64,000 bases of DNA. Origin: Flavobacteriales bacterium (GTDB lineage: Bacteria; Bacteroidota; Bacteroidia; Flavobacteriales_D; CAJJDF01). Position 1 is the first letter of the stretch; each line of letters begins with the position of its first letter. The translations under genes were made by a program, and so were the position numbers. Of this stretch, positions 10,321-20,712 are shown in pieces. The DNA lies in the NCBI GenBank assembly GCA_965660305.1, contig CBFHZD010000003.1, forward strand, positions 67,379-131,378, in the 5' to 3' direction. The notes under the pieces are model-generated. The model made no database searches, had not been told where the DNA came from, and saw only the letters and a list, made by a program, of their open reading frames with translations.

Positions 10321-10823
10321 GACTTTTTATTGGATTTATAAATATAAATAATCAACACTATTAAAAAGCTGAAAACGGTAAAGAAAAAATGCCAGCTTCC
10401 ATTCGTATTGATTTCATTTTGAGAGACTTGTATCGTTTCATAAGTTGCAAACAAAAACACAAGGCTCACAAGAAACCCCAAGACTCTCACCATTTTTGAG
10501 GCTAACTGATATTGTCTCTGGGCATTTTCTTCATTGATTTCAGTTAAGTAATTGAAGTATTGAGGATATTTTCCCAGAATCCATAATCCAGCACACAAGA
10601 CCAACGAAACGATAGGTAAAAACCAAATTGAAGTTTTATGACCAAACTTATCTGGAACACCAGTGGCCGAAAAATGAGTGGGTATTATTTTTGGTAATTC
10701 AGGATAAGAATCAAAGGTTAAAAATAGAGTGAATCCAACAACTATTAAGGTGCCTGTTCCTAATGCTAAATCAATATAGGAGTACGTTTGAACTGGTTTG
10801 GGTCTCTTGTTTTTGTTTAACAT
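10317..10823 (-). CDS. DUF1648-type membrane protein
   Basis: LPKIIPTHFSATGVPDKFG motif with about four TM segments. Confidence 0.7.
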   Translation of the reverse strand: MLNKNKRPKPVQTYSYIDLALGTGTLIVVGFTLFLTFDSYPELPKIIPTHFSATGVPDKFGHKTSIWFLPIVSLVLCAGLWILGKYPQYFNYLTEINEENAQRQYQLASKMVRVLGFLVSLVFLFATYETIQVSQNEINTNGSWHFFFTVFSFLIVLIIYIYKSNKKS

Positions 10824-10915
10824 TTTTTAACTCTCAATTCCTTTACAACACTAAATTTCTCCGTTAAATTAGAGTAATAATTTATTTACACGACTAACTT
10901 AATACACCTAAAGAT

Positions 10916-12370
10916 ATGAAAACAATGATTAAATCAATAACCATGGCCGCGATAGGAGGAACAATTGCCCTCACTGGATACTTGTCTTTTTTTGAAAACA
11001 ATTCTCCGCCTAAAGCCCCACAAGTTGTTCAATCTCCTATTTTAGCAAAGCCGGTAAGTATTCCAACAGATTTAAGTGGTAATGTGTTGGATTTTCAGTT
11101 TGCAGCTAACCAATCCTTAAATTCTGTGGTACATATAAATACAGAAATCAAAAGAAGGCAGTTGTCTCAAGAAGAGCAACTTTTCGAGTTATTTTATGGA
11201 AACGGAGGTGCAAATCGAAGTCAAAGAGGTTCGGGATCGGGAGTTATTATCTCCGATGATGGATATATCGTAACAAATAATCATGTGGTTGAAAATGCTG
11301 ATGTCATCAGAGTAATATTAAACGACAACAGAGAATACAAGGCAACAGTTATAGGGAAAGATCCAGCGACAGACATGGCCGTGATAAAAATAGAAGAAAA
11401 CAACTTGCCGCCTATACAAATAGGTAATTCGGATGAAATACAAGTAGGAGAATGGGTGTTGGCAGTTGGAAACCCATTTAATTTAACCTCTACTGTTACT
11501 GCAGGAATAGTGAGTGCAAAAGGAAGAAGTATTAACATTATGCAAAGAAATTCGGGAAAAAATATCTTTCCAATAGAATCATTTATTCAAACTGATGCGG
11601 CTGTCAATCCAGGGAATAGTGGAGGTGCATTGGTTAATTCGAAAGGTGAGTTGGTGGGCATTAATACTGCTATTGCCTCCAAAACAGGTTCTTACTCCGG
11701 GTATTCGTTTGCTGTCCCTGTCAATATAATGAAAAAAGTAACTACAGACATGATACAATATGGTGTTGTTCAAAGAGCATTCATTGGTGTTGGAATTCAA
11801 GAGATGAATCAGGATATAGCGAATGAATTGGGGATCTCAAATACCGAAGGAGTTTATGTAAATGGTGTTACCTCAAACGGTGCTGCCGAAGAAGCTGGAA
11901 TAGAAAAAGCGGATGTCATTGTGAAAGTGAATGGAGAGAAGATAAAGTCTGTACCTACATTACAAGAGACAATTGGGAAGTACACTCCTGGAGATAAAGT
12001 GTCAATAACGCTAATAAGAGAAGGGAAAGAGAAGTTGGTTGTACTGACATTAAGAAATTACGAAGGAAGTACCGAACTGATGAAAAAATCTGAGATTGAA
12101 AAAGATTTAGCTGTTTCTTTTGAACTAGCCTCATCAGATGAATTGAAAAAACTCCAATTGAAAAATGGAGTTAAAATAAAAAGTATAAAAGAGGGCAAGT
12201 TAAAAGAGATTGGAATAGGAAAAGGATTTATCATTACCAAGATTGATAAAGTGCCCGTTAAATCCGTTGAAGAAGTAAAAACAGCTCTGAAACACTCAGA
12301 AAAAGAGGCTGTTTTAATTGAAGGAGTTTATCCAAACGGCATGAAGGCTTATTATGGATTTGGTTCATAA
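10916..12370 (+). CDS. Do/DegQ (HtrA) family serine protease with two PDZ domains
   Basis: GSGSGVII, TNNHVV, TDMAVIK, QTDAAVNPGNSGG. Confidence 0.95.
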   Translation: MKTMIKSITMAAIGGTIALTGYLSFFENNSPPKAPQVVQSPILAKPVSIPTDLSGNVLDFQFAANQSLNSVVHINTEIKRRQLSQEEQLFELFYGNGGANRSQRGSGSGVIISDDGYIVTNNHVVENADVIRVILNDNREYKATVIGKDPATDMAVIKIEENNLPPIQIGNSDEIQVGEWVLAVGNPFNLTSTVTAGIVSAKGRSINIMQRNSGKNIFPIESFIQTDAAVNPGNSGGALVNSKGELVGINTAIASKTGSYSGYSFAVPVNIMKKVTTDMIQYGVVQRAFIGVGIQEMNQDIANELGISNTEGVYVNGVTSNGAAEEAGIEKADVIVKVNGEKIKSVPTLQETIGKYTPGDKVSITLIREGKEKLVVLTLRNYEGSTELMKKSEIEKDLAVSFELASSDELKKLQLKNGVKIKSIKEGKLKEIGIGKGFIITKIDKVPVKSVEEVKTALKHSEKEAVLIEGVYPNGMKAYYGFGS

Positions 12371-12384
12371 TGACCAAATCAATC

Positions 12385-12421
12385 AAAAAAAAATCCTCGG
12401 ACTAAGTTCGAGGATTTTTTT
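12385..12421. terminator. Bidirectional intrinsic terminator between degQ and csp
   Basis: A-tract, ATCCTCGGA-ctaag-TTCGAGGAT, T-tract, between convergent genes. Confidence 0.85.
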
Positions 12422-12447
12422 AATGCTAAAAAAATATATGCGAGAGA

Positions 12448-12639
12448 TTAAACAACTTTTACGTTTACTGCGTTCATCCCTTTTCTACCTTCTTTTAATT
12501 CAAATTCAACTGAGTCTTCTTCTTTGATTTCATCAATTAATCCTGATACGTGTACGAAATGCTCTTCGTTAGAGTCATCCTCTACAATAAAACCAAATCC
12601 TTTGGTCTCATTGAAAAATTTTACTTTTCCTGTTTTCAT
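12448..12639 (-). CDS. Cold-shock protein (CspA family)
   Basis: GKVKFFNETKGFGFI and FVHVS RNP motifs; start taken at MKTGK. Confidence 0.95.
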   Translation of the reverse strand: MKTGKVKFFNETKGFGFIVEDDSNEEHFVHVSGLIDEIKEEDSVEFELKEGRKGMNAVNVKVV

Positions 12640-12826
12640 TGTGTTATAATAATTAAAGCTCAAATGTAAGGCATAAAATCGAACAATAGGATAAATTATT
12701 ATTATTTTTTGAATCCTTGGCTCTTTAGAGCGCTAATTATTTCGGTTATCCTGACCAATTTAAAAGGTTGAAAAGTCCAATCTTTGTTTTCAAATCATTA
12801 AATTCGCACAAACTTGAATTCACGCA

Positions 12827-15800
12827 ATGGCATCTAAATACCCAACATACAATTCGCTCAATTTAGCTAACGTAGCAACTGAGATATTATCCAATTGGAA
12901 ATCAAAAGATATATTTGATAAGTCAATCTCTACAAGACCTGAAGAAAAACCTTTTATCTTTTTTGAGGGGCCTCCTTCAGCAAATGGTTTGCCAGGGATT
13001 CATCATGTTATGGGCAGAACCATCAAAGATATTTTTTGCAGGTACAAAACATTACAAGGCTATCAGGTAAACAGAAAAGCAGGATGGGATACCCATGGAT
13101 TGCCAGTTGAGCTTGGTGTGGAAAAAGCACTGAACATTACAAAAGAAGATATCGGGACAAAAATAAGTGTAGAAGATTACAACAAGGCTTGCAAAGAGTC
13201 TGTGATGAAATACACAGATATCTGGAACGATTTAACAGAGAAAATGGGGTATTGGGTAGATATGGAAGACCCATATGTAACCTACGACAATAAATACATT
13301 GAATCGGTTTGGTGGATTCTATCTCAAGTTTACAACAAAGATTTGATGTACAAAGGCTATACCATACAACCTTACTCACCAGCTGCCGGAACTGGATTGA
13401 GTTCGCACGAAATCAACATGCCAGGAAGTTACAGAGATGTGAAGGACACTACAGTTGTAGCTCAATTTAAGGTGAAATCTTGCTGTGTGGAAAAGGTAAC
13501 AAAATTCATTGATAATGGTAGTTCTGCTCATGGCGAATTGTTTTTTATTGCATGGACCACAACTCCCTGGACACTTCCTTCCAATACCGCCTTGGCAGTT
13601 GGTAAAAATATAGATTATGTATTAGTCAACACTTTCAATCCTTACACTTTTGATCCAATCACGGTTGTATTGGCAGATAATTTAGTTGGAAAACATTTTA
13701 AACCTTCCAATTCAGAACTTCTTTTATCCGATTACAAAGCTGGTGACAAAAATATACCTTTTGAAATTATAGGTAAACTAAAAGGAAGCGATTTAGAAGG
13801 AAGAAAATATGAGCAAATAATGCCCTTAGCATTACCTCATGAAGATTCAGAACAAGCCTTTCAGGTAATTTTAGGTGATTTTGTCACAACCTCAGATGGG
13901 ACAGGAATTGTTCATATTGCTCCAACATTTGGTCAGGATGATGCAAAAGCTGCAAAAGATGCCGGTGTACCACCAATGTTAGTATTAAATAAAGATGGAA
14001 AAGCCGTTCCTTTGGTTGATTTACAAGGAAGATTCTTACCTGAATTAGGTGAAAAATTCGGAGGAAAATATGTTAAAAATGAATATTACCAAGAATCAGA
14101 AGCACCAGAAAAATCAGTAGATGTAGAAATAGCAATTGAGCTGAAAGAGCAAAATAGAGCATTTAAAGTTGAGAAATACGAACACTCTTATCCACATTGT
14201 TGGAGAACAGACAAGCCTGTGCTATACTATCCATTAGATTCGTGGTTCATAAAATCAACAGCTGCAAAAGAAAGAATGCAAGAGCTGAATTCGACTATCA
14301 ACTGGAAACCAGAGTCAACTGGAACAGGAAGATTTGGAGAATGGTTGAAAAACTTGAACGATTGGAACCTAAGTAGATCACGATATTGGGGAATTCCAAT
14401 TCCTATTTGGACAACCGAAGATAAAACTGAACAACTTTGTATTTCATCTGTTAAACAATTAAAAGAAGAATGCGAAAAAGCCGTGAAAGCGGGTGTAATG
14501 ACATCAAATCCATTTGATAGTTTTGATGAGACAGACATGAGTAAGGAAAATTACTCTCAATTTGATTTACACAAACATTATGTAGATTCAATCACGCTCG
14601 TCTCGGAATCTGGAAAACCAATGAGCCGTGAGGCAGATTTAATTGACGTTTGGTTTGATTCTGGTTCAATGCCTTATGCGCAGTGGCATTATCCTTTTGA
14701 GAATAAAGAAGCAGTAGAAAACAGCTTGAGAAAAGCAGATTTTATTGCCGAAGGAGTGGATCAGACTAGAGGTTGGTTTTTTACGCTTCATGCTATTTCT
14801 ACCTTAATCTCTGATGATGTTGCTTATAAAAATGTGATTTCAAACGGCTTGGTTTTGGATAAAAATGGCCAAAAAATGTCAAAGCGTTTGGGGAACGGAA
14901 TTGATCCTTTTGAAACACTTAAGCAATACGGCCCAGATGCTACAAGGTGGTACATGATTACCAACGCTCAACCTTGGGACAACCTGAAATTTGATACAGA
15001 AGGAATTATAGAAACTCAAAGGAAATTCTTTGGTACTCTTTACAATACTTATTCGTTTTTTGCTTTGTACGCCAATATAGATAATTTTAATTATTCTGAA
15101 GAGAATGTTGCCGATCGACCAGAGATTGACAAGTGGATTCTTTCTAAGCTAAACTCTCTTATCAAAGAAGTTAAAGAAGCTTATGAAAACTATGAGCCAA
15201 CGAAAGCAGGAAGATTAATTCAAAGCTTTACTGTAGATCAGTTAAGTAATTGGTACGTAAGATTATGCAGAAGAAGATTCTGGAAAGGTGAATATGCAGA
15301 AGATAAAATTTCAGCTTACCAAACCTTGTATACTTGCTTAGAGACTTTATCCCTGTTGATGTCACCAATTGCCCCTTTCTTTGCGGATAGGTTGTTTTTA
15401 GATTTAAACAAGGCATCAAACAAAAACACTCATGAATCTGTGCACCTTGCACAATTCCCTGAGCAAAATGAATTGAGTATTGATTTGGATTTAGAGCAAA
15501 AGATGGAAATAGCTCAGGAAGTATCTTCGATGGTGTTGAGCTTACGTCAAACCAATAAATTAAAAGTGCGTCAACCTTTACAAAGAATTATGGTTCCTAT
15601 TCTAGATGAGAAATTTGAACATCAAATTTCTGCCGTAAAAGATTTGATTTTGAGCGAAGTAAATGTGAAGGAGCTGGAACTACTTAAAGATACATCGGGT
15701 GTGCTTGTGAAAAAAGTGAAGCCTAATTTCAAAGTAATTGGAAAGTCTGAAAACAAAAGGCACATGAAGGCAATAGGTAGTTTTTGTTCTCAACTGAAAG

Positions 15801-16240
15801 ATGAAGAAATTACAGAGTTAGAATCTAATAAGGGTGCTGAAATAGAGGTTAATGGCGAAAAAATATTTTTATCCATAGAAAACTTTGAAATCACCACAGA
15901 CGATATTCCTGGTTGGTTAATAGCTAATAATGGTTCTATTACCGTTGCTCTTGATATTACCTTGAATGAACAGCTTGTGAACGAAGGCTATTCAAGAGAG
16001 CTTGTTAACCGAATTCAAAATATAAGAAAAGAAAGTGATTTTGAAGTAACTGACAGGATTCAGATTGAAATATCTGGAAATGAAGAGGTTATCTCTGCAA
16101 TTAAATTAAATGAGGAGTACGTAATGGAAGAAACATTAACTAAATCAATGGTGTATTCTACTGAATTAAATGAAAATAACGCAACCAAATTAGAATTTGA
16201 CGAAGATATTTCTATATTTGTTAGCATTGAAAAAAAATAA
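12827..16240 (+). CDS. ileS: Isoleucine-tRNA ligase (type 2, IleRS2)
   Basis: EGPPSANGLPGIHH, GWDTHGLP, WTTTPWTLP, EGVDQTRGWF, KMSKR. Confidence 0.98.
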   Translation: MASKYPTYNSLNLANVATEILSNWKSKDIFDKSISTRPEEKPFIFFEGPPSANGLPGIHHVMGRTIKDIFCRYKTLQGYQVNRKAGWDTHGLPVELGVEKALNITKEDIGTKISVEDYNKACKESVMKYTDIWNDLTEKMGYWVDMEDPYVTYDNKYIESVWWILSQVYNKDLMYKGYTIQPYSPAAGTGLSSHEINMPGSYRDVKDTTVVAQFKVKSCCVEKVTKFIDNGSSAHGELFFIAWTTTPWTLPSNTALAVGKNIDYVLVNTFNPYTFDPITVVLADNLVGKHFKPSNSELLLSDYKAGDKNIPFEIIGKLKGSDLEGRKYEQIMPLALPHEDSEQAFQVILGDFVTTSDGTGIVHIAPTFGQDDAKAAKDAGVPPMLVLNKDGKAVPLVDLQGRFLPELGEKFGGKYVKNEYYQESEAPEKSVDVEIAIELKEQNRAFKVEKYEHSYPHCWRTDKPVLYYPLDSWFIKSTAAKERMQELNSTINWKPESTGTGRFGEWLKNLNDWNLSRSRYWGIPIPIWTTEDKTEQLCISSVKQLKEECEKAVKAGVMTSNPFDSFDETDMSKENYSQFDLHKHYVDSITLVSESGKPMSREADLIDVWFDSGSMPYAQWHYPFENKEAVENSLRKADFIAEGVDQTRGWFFTLHAISTLISDDVAYKNVISNGLVLDKNGQKMSKRLGNGIDPFETLKQYGPDATRWYMITNAQPWDNLKFDTEGIIETQRKFFGTLYNTYSFFALYANIDNFNYSEENVADRPEIDKWILSKLNSLIKEVKEAYENYEPTKAGRLIQSFTVDQLSNWYVRLCRRRFWKGEYAEDKISAYQTLYTCLETLSLLMSPIAPFFADRLFLDLNKASNKNTHESVHLAQFPEQNELSIDLDLEQKMEIAQEVSSMVLSLRQTNKLKVRQPLQRIMVPILDEKFEHQISAVKDLILSEVNVKELELLKDTSGVLVKKVKPNFKVIGKSENKRHMKAIGSFCSQLKDEEITELESNKGAEIEVNGEKIFLSIENFEITTDDIPGWLIANNGSITVALDITLNEQLVNEGYSRELVNRIQNIRKESDFEVTDRIQIEISGNEEVISAIKLNEEYVMEETLTKSMVYSTELNENNATKLEFDEDISIFVSIEKK

Positions 16241-16246
16241 ACGATT

Positions 16247-16636
16247 ATGGCTGATAAAAAAGAAAAAACTAGATTTAGTGACGCTGAATTAGAGGAGTTT
16301 AGAATCCTAATTGAAGACAAAATAAAAGAAGCAAAAATTGATTTAGAATTGCTAAACAATGAGCTTTCTCACAAGGATAATCATGGAACTGACGATACAG
16401 GAAGGTCGTTTAATATGATGGAGGATGGAGCCAGTACGTTTTCAAGAGAAATGACAGCTCAAAAAGCAGCAAGACAGGATAAATTTATCATGAATCTGGA
16501 AAATGCCTTGATGCGGATTAAAAACAAAACCTACGGGGTATGCAGAGTTACTGGGAAATTAATTAATAAGAAAAGATTAATGCTCGTTCCTCATGCTACG
16601 TTGAGCATTGAAGCTAAGAATCAACAACAATCCTAA
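16247..16636 (+). CDS. TraR/DksA family transcription factor
   Basis: Coiled coil then ALMRIKNKTYGVCRVTGKLI..RL.LVPHATLSI; ileS-dksA-lspA order. Confidence 0.85.
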   Translation: MADKKEKTRFSDAELEEFRILIEDKIKEAKIDLELLNNELSHKDNHGTDDTGRSFNMMEDGASTFSREMTAQKAARQDKFIMNLENALMRIKNKTYGVCRVTGKLINKKRLMLVPHATLSIEAKNQQQS

Positions 16637-16640
16637 TTCA

Positions 16641-17273
16641 TTGAAAAAAGTAGCGCTCATTTCATTTCTGATTGTCTTGATTGATCAAATCGTGAAGATT
16701 TATATCAAAACAACCATGACAATTGGCCAAGATGGATTTGACATCGGGATATTGAAAATTCATTTTGTTGAGAATCCTGGGATGGCATTTGGTACCGAAT
16801 TGGGTTTTCCTTATGGTAAGCTTATTCTTGGTTTGTTAAGAATAGGAGCTATAACCGCTATAATTCTCTATGTAAAAAAACTACTGATTCATAAAGCACC
16901 CAATGGTCTATTAATAGCAGTGTCATTTGTTTTGGCTGGAGCCATAGGAAATGTGATTGATGGTGCTTTTTATGGTTTAATCTTTAGCGAAAGTAATTAT
17001 TTTGATGTTGCTCAAGCGTTTCCTTCAGGAGGAGGTTACGAGACATTTATGCATGGCAAAGTTGTGGATATGTTTCAATTTACGATAGAAATTCCCAGCT
17101 GGTCGCCCTTATATCCAGGGAAACAACTTTTTCCTTTTATTTTTAATGTTGCTGATGCAGCAATTTCAATAGGTGTATTTGTGATTCTTTTGGGGTACCG
17201 AAAATACTTTAAGTCGCCACAAACCGAAACGGCAGCAGAGAAAGAATCTGACTCTGATAATGAAGAAGAATAG
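16641..17273 (+). CDS. lspA: Lipoprotein signal peptidase II
   Basis: DQIVK, ENPGMAFG, GAIGNVID, VVDMF, FNVADAAI; TTG start at 16641 assumed. Confidence 0.92.
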   Translation: MKKVALISFLIVLIDQIVKIYIKTTMTIGQDGFDIGILKIHFVENPGMAFGTELGFPYGKLILGLLRIGAITAIILYVKKLLIHKAPNGLLIAVSFVLAGAIGNVIDGAFYGLIFSESNYFDVAQAFPSGGGYETFMHGKVVDMFQFTIEIPSWSPLYPGKQLFPFIFNVADAAISIGVFVILLGYRKYFKSPQTETAAEKESDSDNEEE

Positions 17274-17309
17274 GTTATTCTTTTTATTTTTAACCAAAAC
17301 CTATCTAAC

Positions 17310-18662
17310 ATGTATTTTTTAAGTTCATCCGTAAAGCCGGAGTATATCTTGATAATTGGAGCTTCTTTGATTGTAATTATCAGTTTTGTTTTCAATTTTA
17401 TTTCTAAAAAAACGAATATCCCTAGCGTACTGATGCTTATGGTTTTAGGGGTGGCAATTCAGTTTATGGCACCAGATGTTGTAAATAACCCTTTGATTAG
17501 TAAATCCCTAATCGTAATAGGTAAAGTAGGATTAATTCTCATTGTCCTGGAGGCTGCATTGGACTTAAAACTTAGCCGAGACAAAATTGGGTTGATAATT
17601 CGATCATTCTTAGTCGCACTTCTGGCTCTCGGACTAAGTTCTATTCTTATTGCTTTTTCTATTCAAGGATTTTTAGGTGCATCATTCTACAAGGCTTTGG
17701 TTTATGCCGTACCATTATCTATAATGAGCAGTGCTATTATAATTCCTAGCGTGTCTTCATTAAGTACTGAAAAAAAAGAATTCATGATTTATGAAAGTAC
17801 ATTTTCGGACATTTTGGGGATTATTTTCTTTCAATTCTTAACTGCACCAAATGAATTTGAAACCACCAAAGATGTTATTGTTGGAGTGGGCACAAATATT
17901 GGAGTCACAATTCTGGTTGCACTTGTTTTTAGTTACATAGCCGTTTGGGTTTTTAATAAACTAACAAGTCACGTTAAGTTATTTCTTATTATTTCTGTAC
18001 TTACTCTTATGTACGGTATTGGATCTGTTTATCACCTTTCATCCTTAATTATCATCTTATTCTTTGGTATTGTATTGAATAACGTTGAAGTATTTTTTAG
18101 AGGTCCTTTGAAAAGATTGATAAACAAGGAAAAATTAAAGCCTGTGTTTCATGAATTTCATATTGTAACTTTGGAATCCGCTTTTTTTCTGAGAACATTC
18201 TTTTTTGTCATGTTTGGTATTACAATTTCACTTGCCAGTTTAGTAGATATAAAAGTTGCTATTCAAAGCATTGTTTTTATTGGAATTTTATACCTGGTAA
18301 GGTTTGTTATTCTCAAACTCGTGATGTGGAATAAGGACATTACCCCTCAATTGTGGATAGCACCAAGAGGATTAATTACTGTCTTATTGTTTTACACGAT
18401 ACCGTTTAAATATTACATTCCGGAATTTTATCAAGGTGTACTACTTTTTGCCATATTAATTACAAGCCTTATCATGACTTTTGCGCTTATTAAGGCAAAA
18501 GGAAAGAAAATATCTGAGGTAATGATAAAGGATTTAAATCTGAACTACCTGGAAGACGGAATGGAAGAGGAGATGGCTGATGAAATAAAAGATTATCATG
18601 AAAGTGAATTAAGAAAAGACACGAGCCATCAAGATACTATATCACTTAATGAAGAAGAATAA
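17310..18662 (+). CDS. Cation:proton antiporter (CPA1/NhaP-like)
   Basis: Many TM segments, ESTFSDILGI, APRGLIT. Confidence 0.8.
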   Translation: MYFLSSSVKPEYILIIGASLIVIISFVFNFISKKTNIPSVLMLMVLGVAIQFMAPDVVNNPLISKSLIVIGKVGLILIVLEAALDLKLSRDKIGLIIRSFLVALLALGLSSILIAFSIQGFLGASFYKALVYAVPLSIMSSAIIIPSVSSLSTEKKEFMIYESTFSDILGIIFFQFLTAPNEFETTKDVIVGVGTNIGVTILVALVFSYIAVWVFNKLTSHVKLFLIISVLTLMYGIGSVYHLSSLIIILFFGIVLNNVEVFFRGPLKRLINKEKLKPVFHEFHIVTLESAFFLRTFFFVMFGITISLASLVDIKVAIQSIVFIGILYLVRFVILKLVMWNKDITPQLWIAPRGLITVLLFYTIPFKYYIPEFYQGVLLFAILITSLIMTFALIKAKGKKISEVMIKDLNLNYLEDGMEEEMADEIKDYHESELRKDTSHQDTISLNEEE

Positions 18663-19157
18663 ATGGAGCATTACCAAATCAAACTCATCGAAACAATTGT
18701 TGTTTTCTTAGTGACTTTTATTTCTTTTAAAATCACACAAAGAATCATCGATAAATTTGGCAGTAAATATAAGTATCACAAATCCAGAATAAAAATTGTG
18801 AGAAAAATCATACTAGCAATAGCGATGGTTATTCTTGCGGTAATCACTGCTTTTATATGGGGAATAAACGCGTCTAAATTGGCAACTTACATAGCTTCAC
18901 TGTTTACGGTATTAGGGATTGCTTTTGTAGCTCAATGGTCTTTATTGTCAAACATCACTGCTACAATCATCATATTTTTCAATCATCAGGTTCACATTGG
19001 AGATACAATACAAATTCTAGATAAAGAATTTCAGATTGAAGGTGAAATAAGTGATGTGGGCATCTTTTTTACTATCATCAAAACAAATGAAGGTGAATAC
19101 ATTTCGCTACCTAGCAACGTTTTTATTCAAAAAATGGTAAAGAAAATCAAGAGGTAG
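18663..19157 (+). CDS. Small MscS-family mechanosensitive channel domain protein
   Basis: Three TM segments, LSNITA, HIGDTI..EGEISDVG..LPSN. Confidence 0.8.
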   Translation: MEHYQIKLIETIVVFLVTFISFKITQRIIDKFGSKYKYHKSRIKIVRKIILAIAMVILAVITAFIWGINASKLATYIASLFTVLGIAFVAQWSLLSNITATIIIFFNHQVHIGDTIQILDKEFQIEGEISDVGIFFTIIKTNEGEYISLPSNVFIQKMVKKIKR

Positions 19158-20064
19158 TTTTGAGTAAAACTCGTTTCTGCTCTTCTTTTTTCACGATAAA
19201 TACACCTAATAGTATAAATGCAGAAAAACCGATTGCCCAAGTAATGTTTTCACCAAAATAAACTCCCCATAAAATGGCAACAATCGGTATAAAATAAGTA
19301 ACCGATGAGGCAAAAACCGAAGTAGTCATTTTGATTAATTGATTAAAAATTACTAAAGCAACGGTAGTGCCAATTACAGCCAATATTGTGGTAAATAAAA
19401 AAGCTTGACTATAGGCTGGGTCAGTCAATTTTTGGGTTACCTCCGTAAAACCAAACAGATGTATGAAACAAAATGGTAACATCATAGCTAATGAAACTGC
19501 GGTGATAGTAATGGAAGTTACATGACTTAATTTATTCTTAATAATATTAAGGCTAAAGGCATAACATACTGTGGCAAAAACTACCATCAAGGAAGGGTAA
19601 AGTGGTATTGAACCTATACTGGATGAATTGAATAGGATGAGCAAAGCAGTTCCGGATAAACCAATTAATACACCCAAAAAAGCCTTGACCGATATTTTTT
19701 GACCGAAAACAAAAGCAGCTACCAATACGGAGAACAACGGAACCAATGAATTGAGAATGCCTGTGGAAGAACTAGATAAAGTTTTCTCGGCATTTGTAAA
19801 CAAAAACGCAGGAATTAAGTTTCCAAGTAGCCCAACAAGTATCAGAAAAATCCAATCTTTACTTAAGGCAATTTTCCATTTGCGTATGGCTACAAAAAAC
19901 AAGACTATACTTGATATAAATATCCTTAAAGATGCTACTTCATTGGCTGTCAATAGTACCTGATCATTATCGTCAAACATAGATTTTTTCATCAGAATGA
20001 ATGAGCTTCCCCAAATTAAGGCAAGTACTATAAGAAGAACCCAACTTTTGACTTTAGCGTTCAT
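19147..20064 (-). CDS. DMT/EamA family transporter
   Basis: LIWGSSFILMK, about 10 TM segments, duplicated EamA halves. Confidence 0.88.
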   Translation of the reverse strand: MNAKVKSWVLLIVLALIWGSSFILMKKSMFDDNDQVLLTANEVASLRIFISSIVLFFVAIRKWKIALSKDWIFLILVGLLGNLIPAFLFTNAEKTLSSSSTGILNSLVPLFSVLVAAFVFGQKISVKAFLGVLIGLSGTALLILFNSSSIGSIPLYPSLMVVFATVCYAFSLNIIKNKLSHVTSITITAVSLAMMLPFCFIHLFGFTEVTQKLTDPAYSQAFLFTTILAVIGTTVALVIFNQLIKMTTSVFASSVTYFIPIVAILWGVYFGENITWAIGFSAFILLGVFIVKKEEQKRVLLKTTS

Positions 20065-20084
20065 AATTTTCTATGCCTATCAGT

Positions 20085-20540
20085 TTAACGAATTCTATCC
20101 ATCGATTTAATTAATTTCTCATCTTGTTTGATTGCTCTATTTGCCATTAGAACAGCTACAAAAGCAAGAACTGGAAAGAAAAAGCTAATGCCGTAATCAA
20201 TGTTTTCGGGTACCAATGAAAAGGCAGACTCTATTTGATTGAAATCAACGAAAATAAAAACAATTGAAACCATAACAACAACAAAGTTTATCTTATTAAG
20301 TGTAAGTTGTCGCTTTCGGTTTTTGAAACTAAAAATGGTAACAACACTTAGAATTAACGCCAGTAAAATAGGAAAAACAGGAGGAAGAAATAGCGAAAGC
20401 TCTTTACTCATTTCAAAACCCAGTGCATCGAACTCTAAGTTATTTTCTCTAATTGAATAAGTAGCAAATGGAAACAATAACGTAAGCCCCATGGCTAGAG
20501 AGGAAACAGAAAGGTAAATAGTTTGAATTCGTTGAATCAT
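20085..20540 (-). CDS. DUF4293 family membrane protein
   Basis: MIQRIQTIYL start, FKNRKRQ, AIKQDEKLIKSMDRIR end. Confidence 0.8.
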   Translation of the reverse strand: MIQRIQTIYLSVSSLAMGLTLLFPFATYSIRENNLEFDALGFEMSKELSLFLPPVFPILLALILSVVTIFSFKNRKRQLTLNKINFVVVMVSIVFIFVDFNQIESAFSLVPENIDYGISFFFPVLAFVAVLMANRAIKQDEKLIKSMDRIR

Positions 20541-20712
20541 GTGGTTTTTTTTGCTAAAGTATAAAAAATAGTCGTATAATTGCACGGAAGAAATAACAAG
20601 AGTTCATTTCTTTCAATCATTATTCAATAAAACATCTTTTTATTATATAATTAATCTGGCAGTTCGCCAATTTATTAGAATTTCTAATAACATTATTTAT
20701 TCAAAACAATTT

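Noticed and set aside
12664-12826. T-box leader before ileS
   Set aside because: No T-box consensus or terminator/antiterminator visible; the spacer is short and shared with the csp promoter
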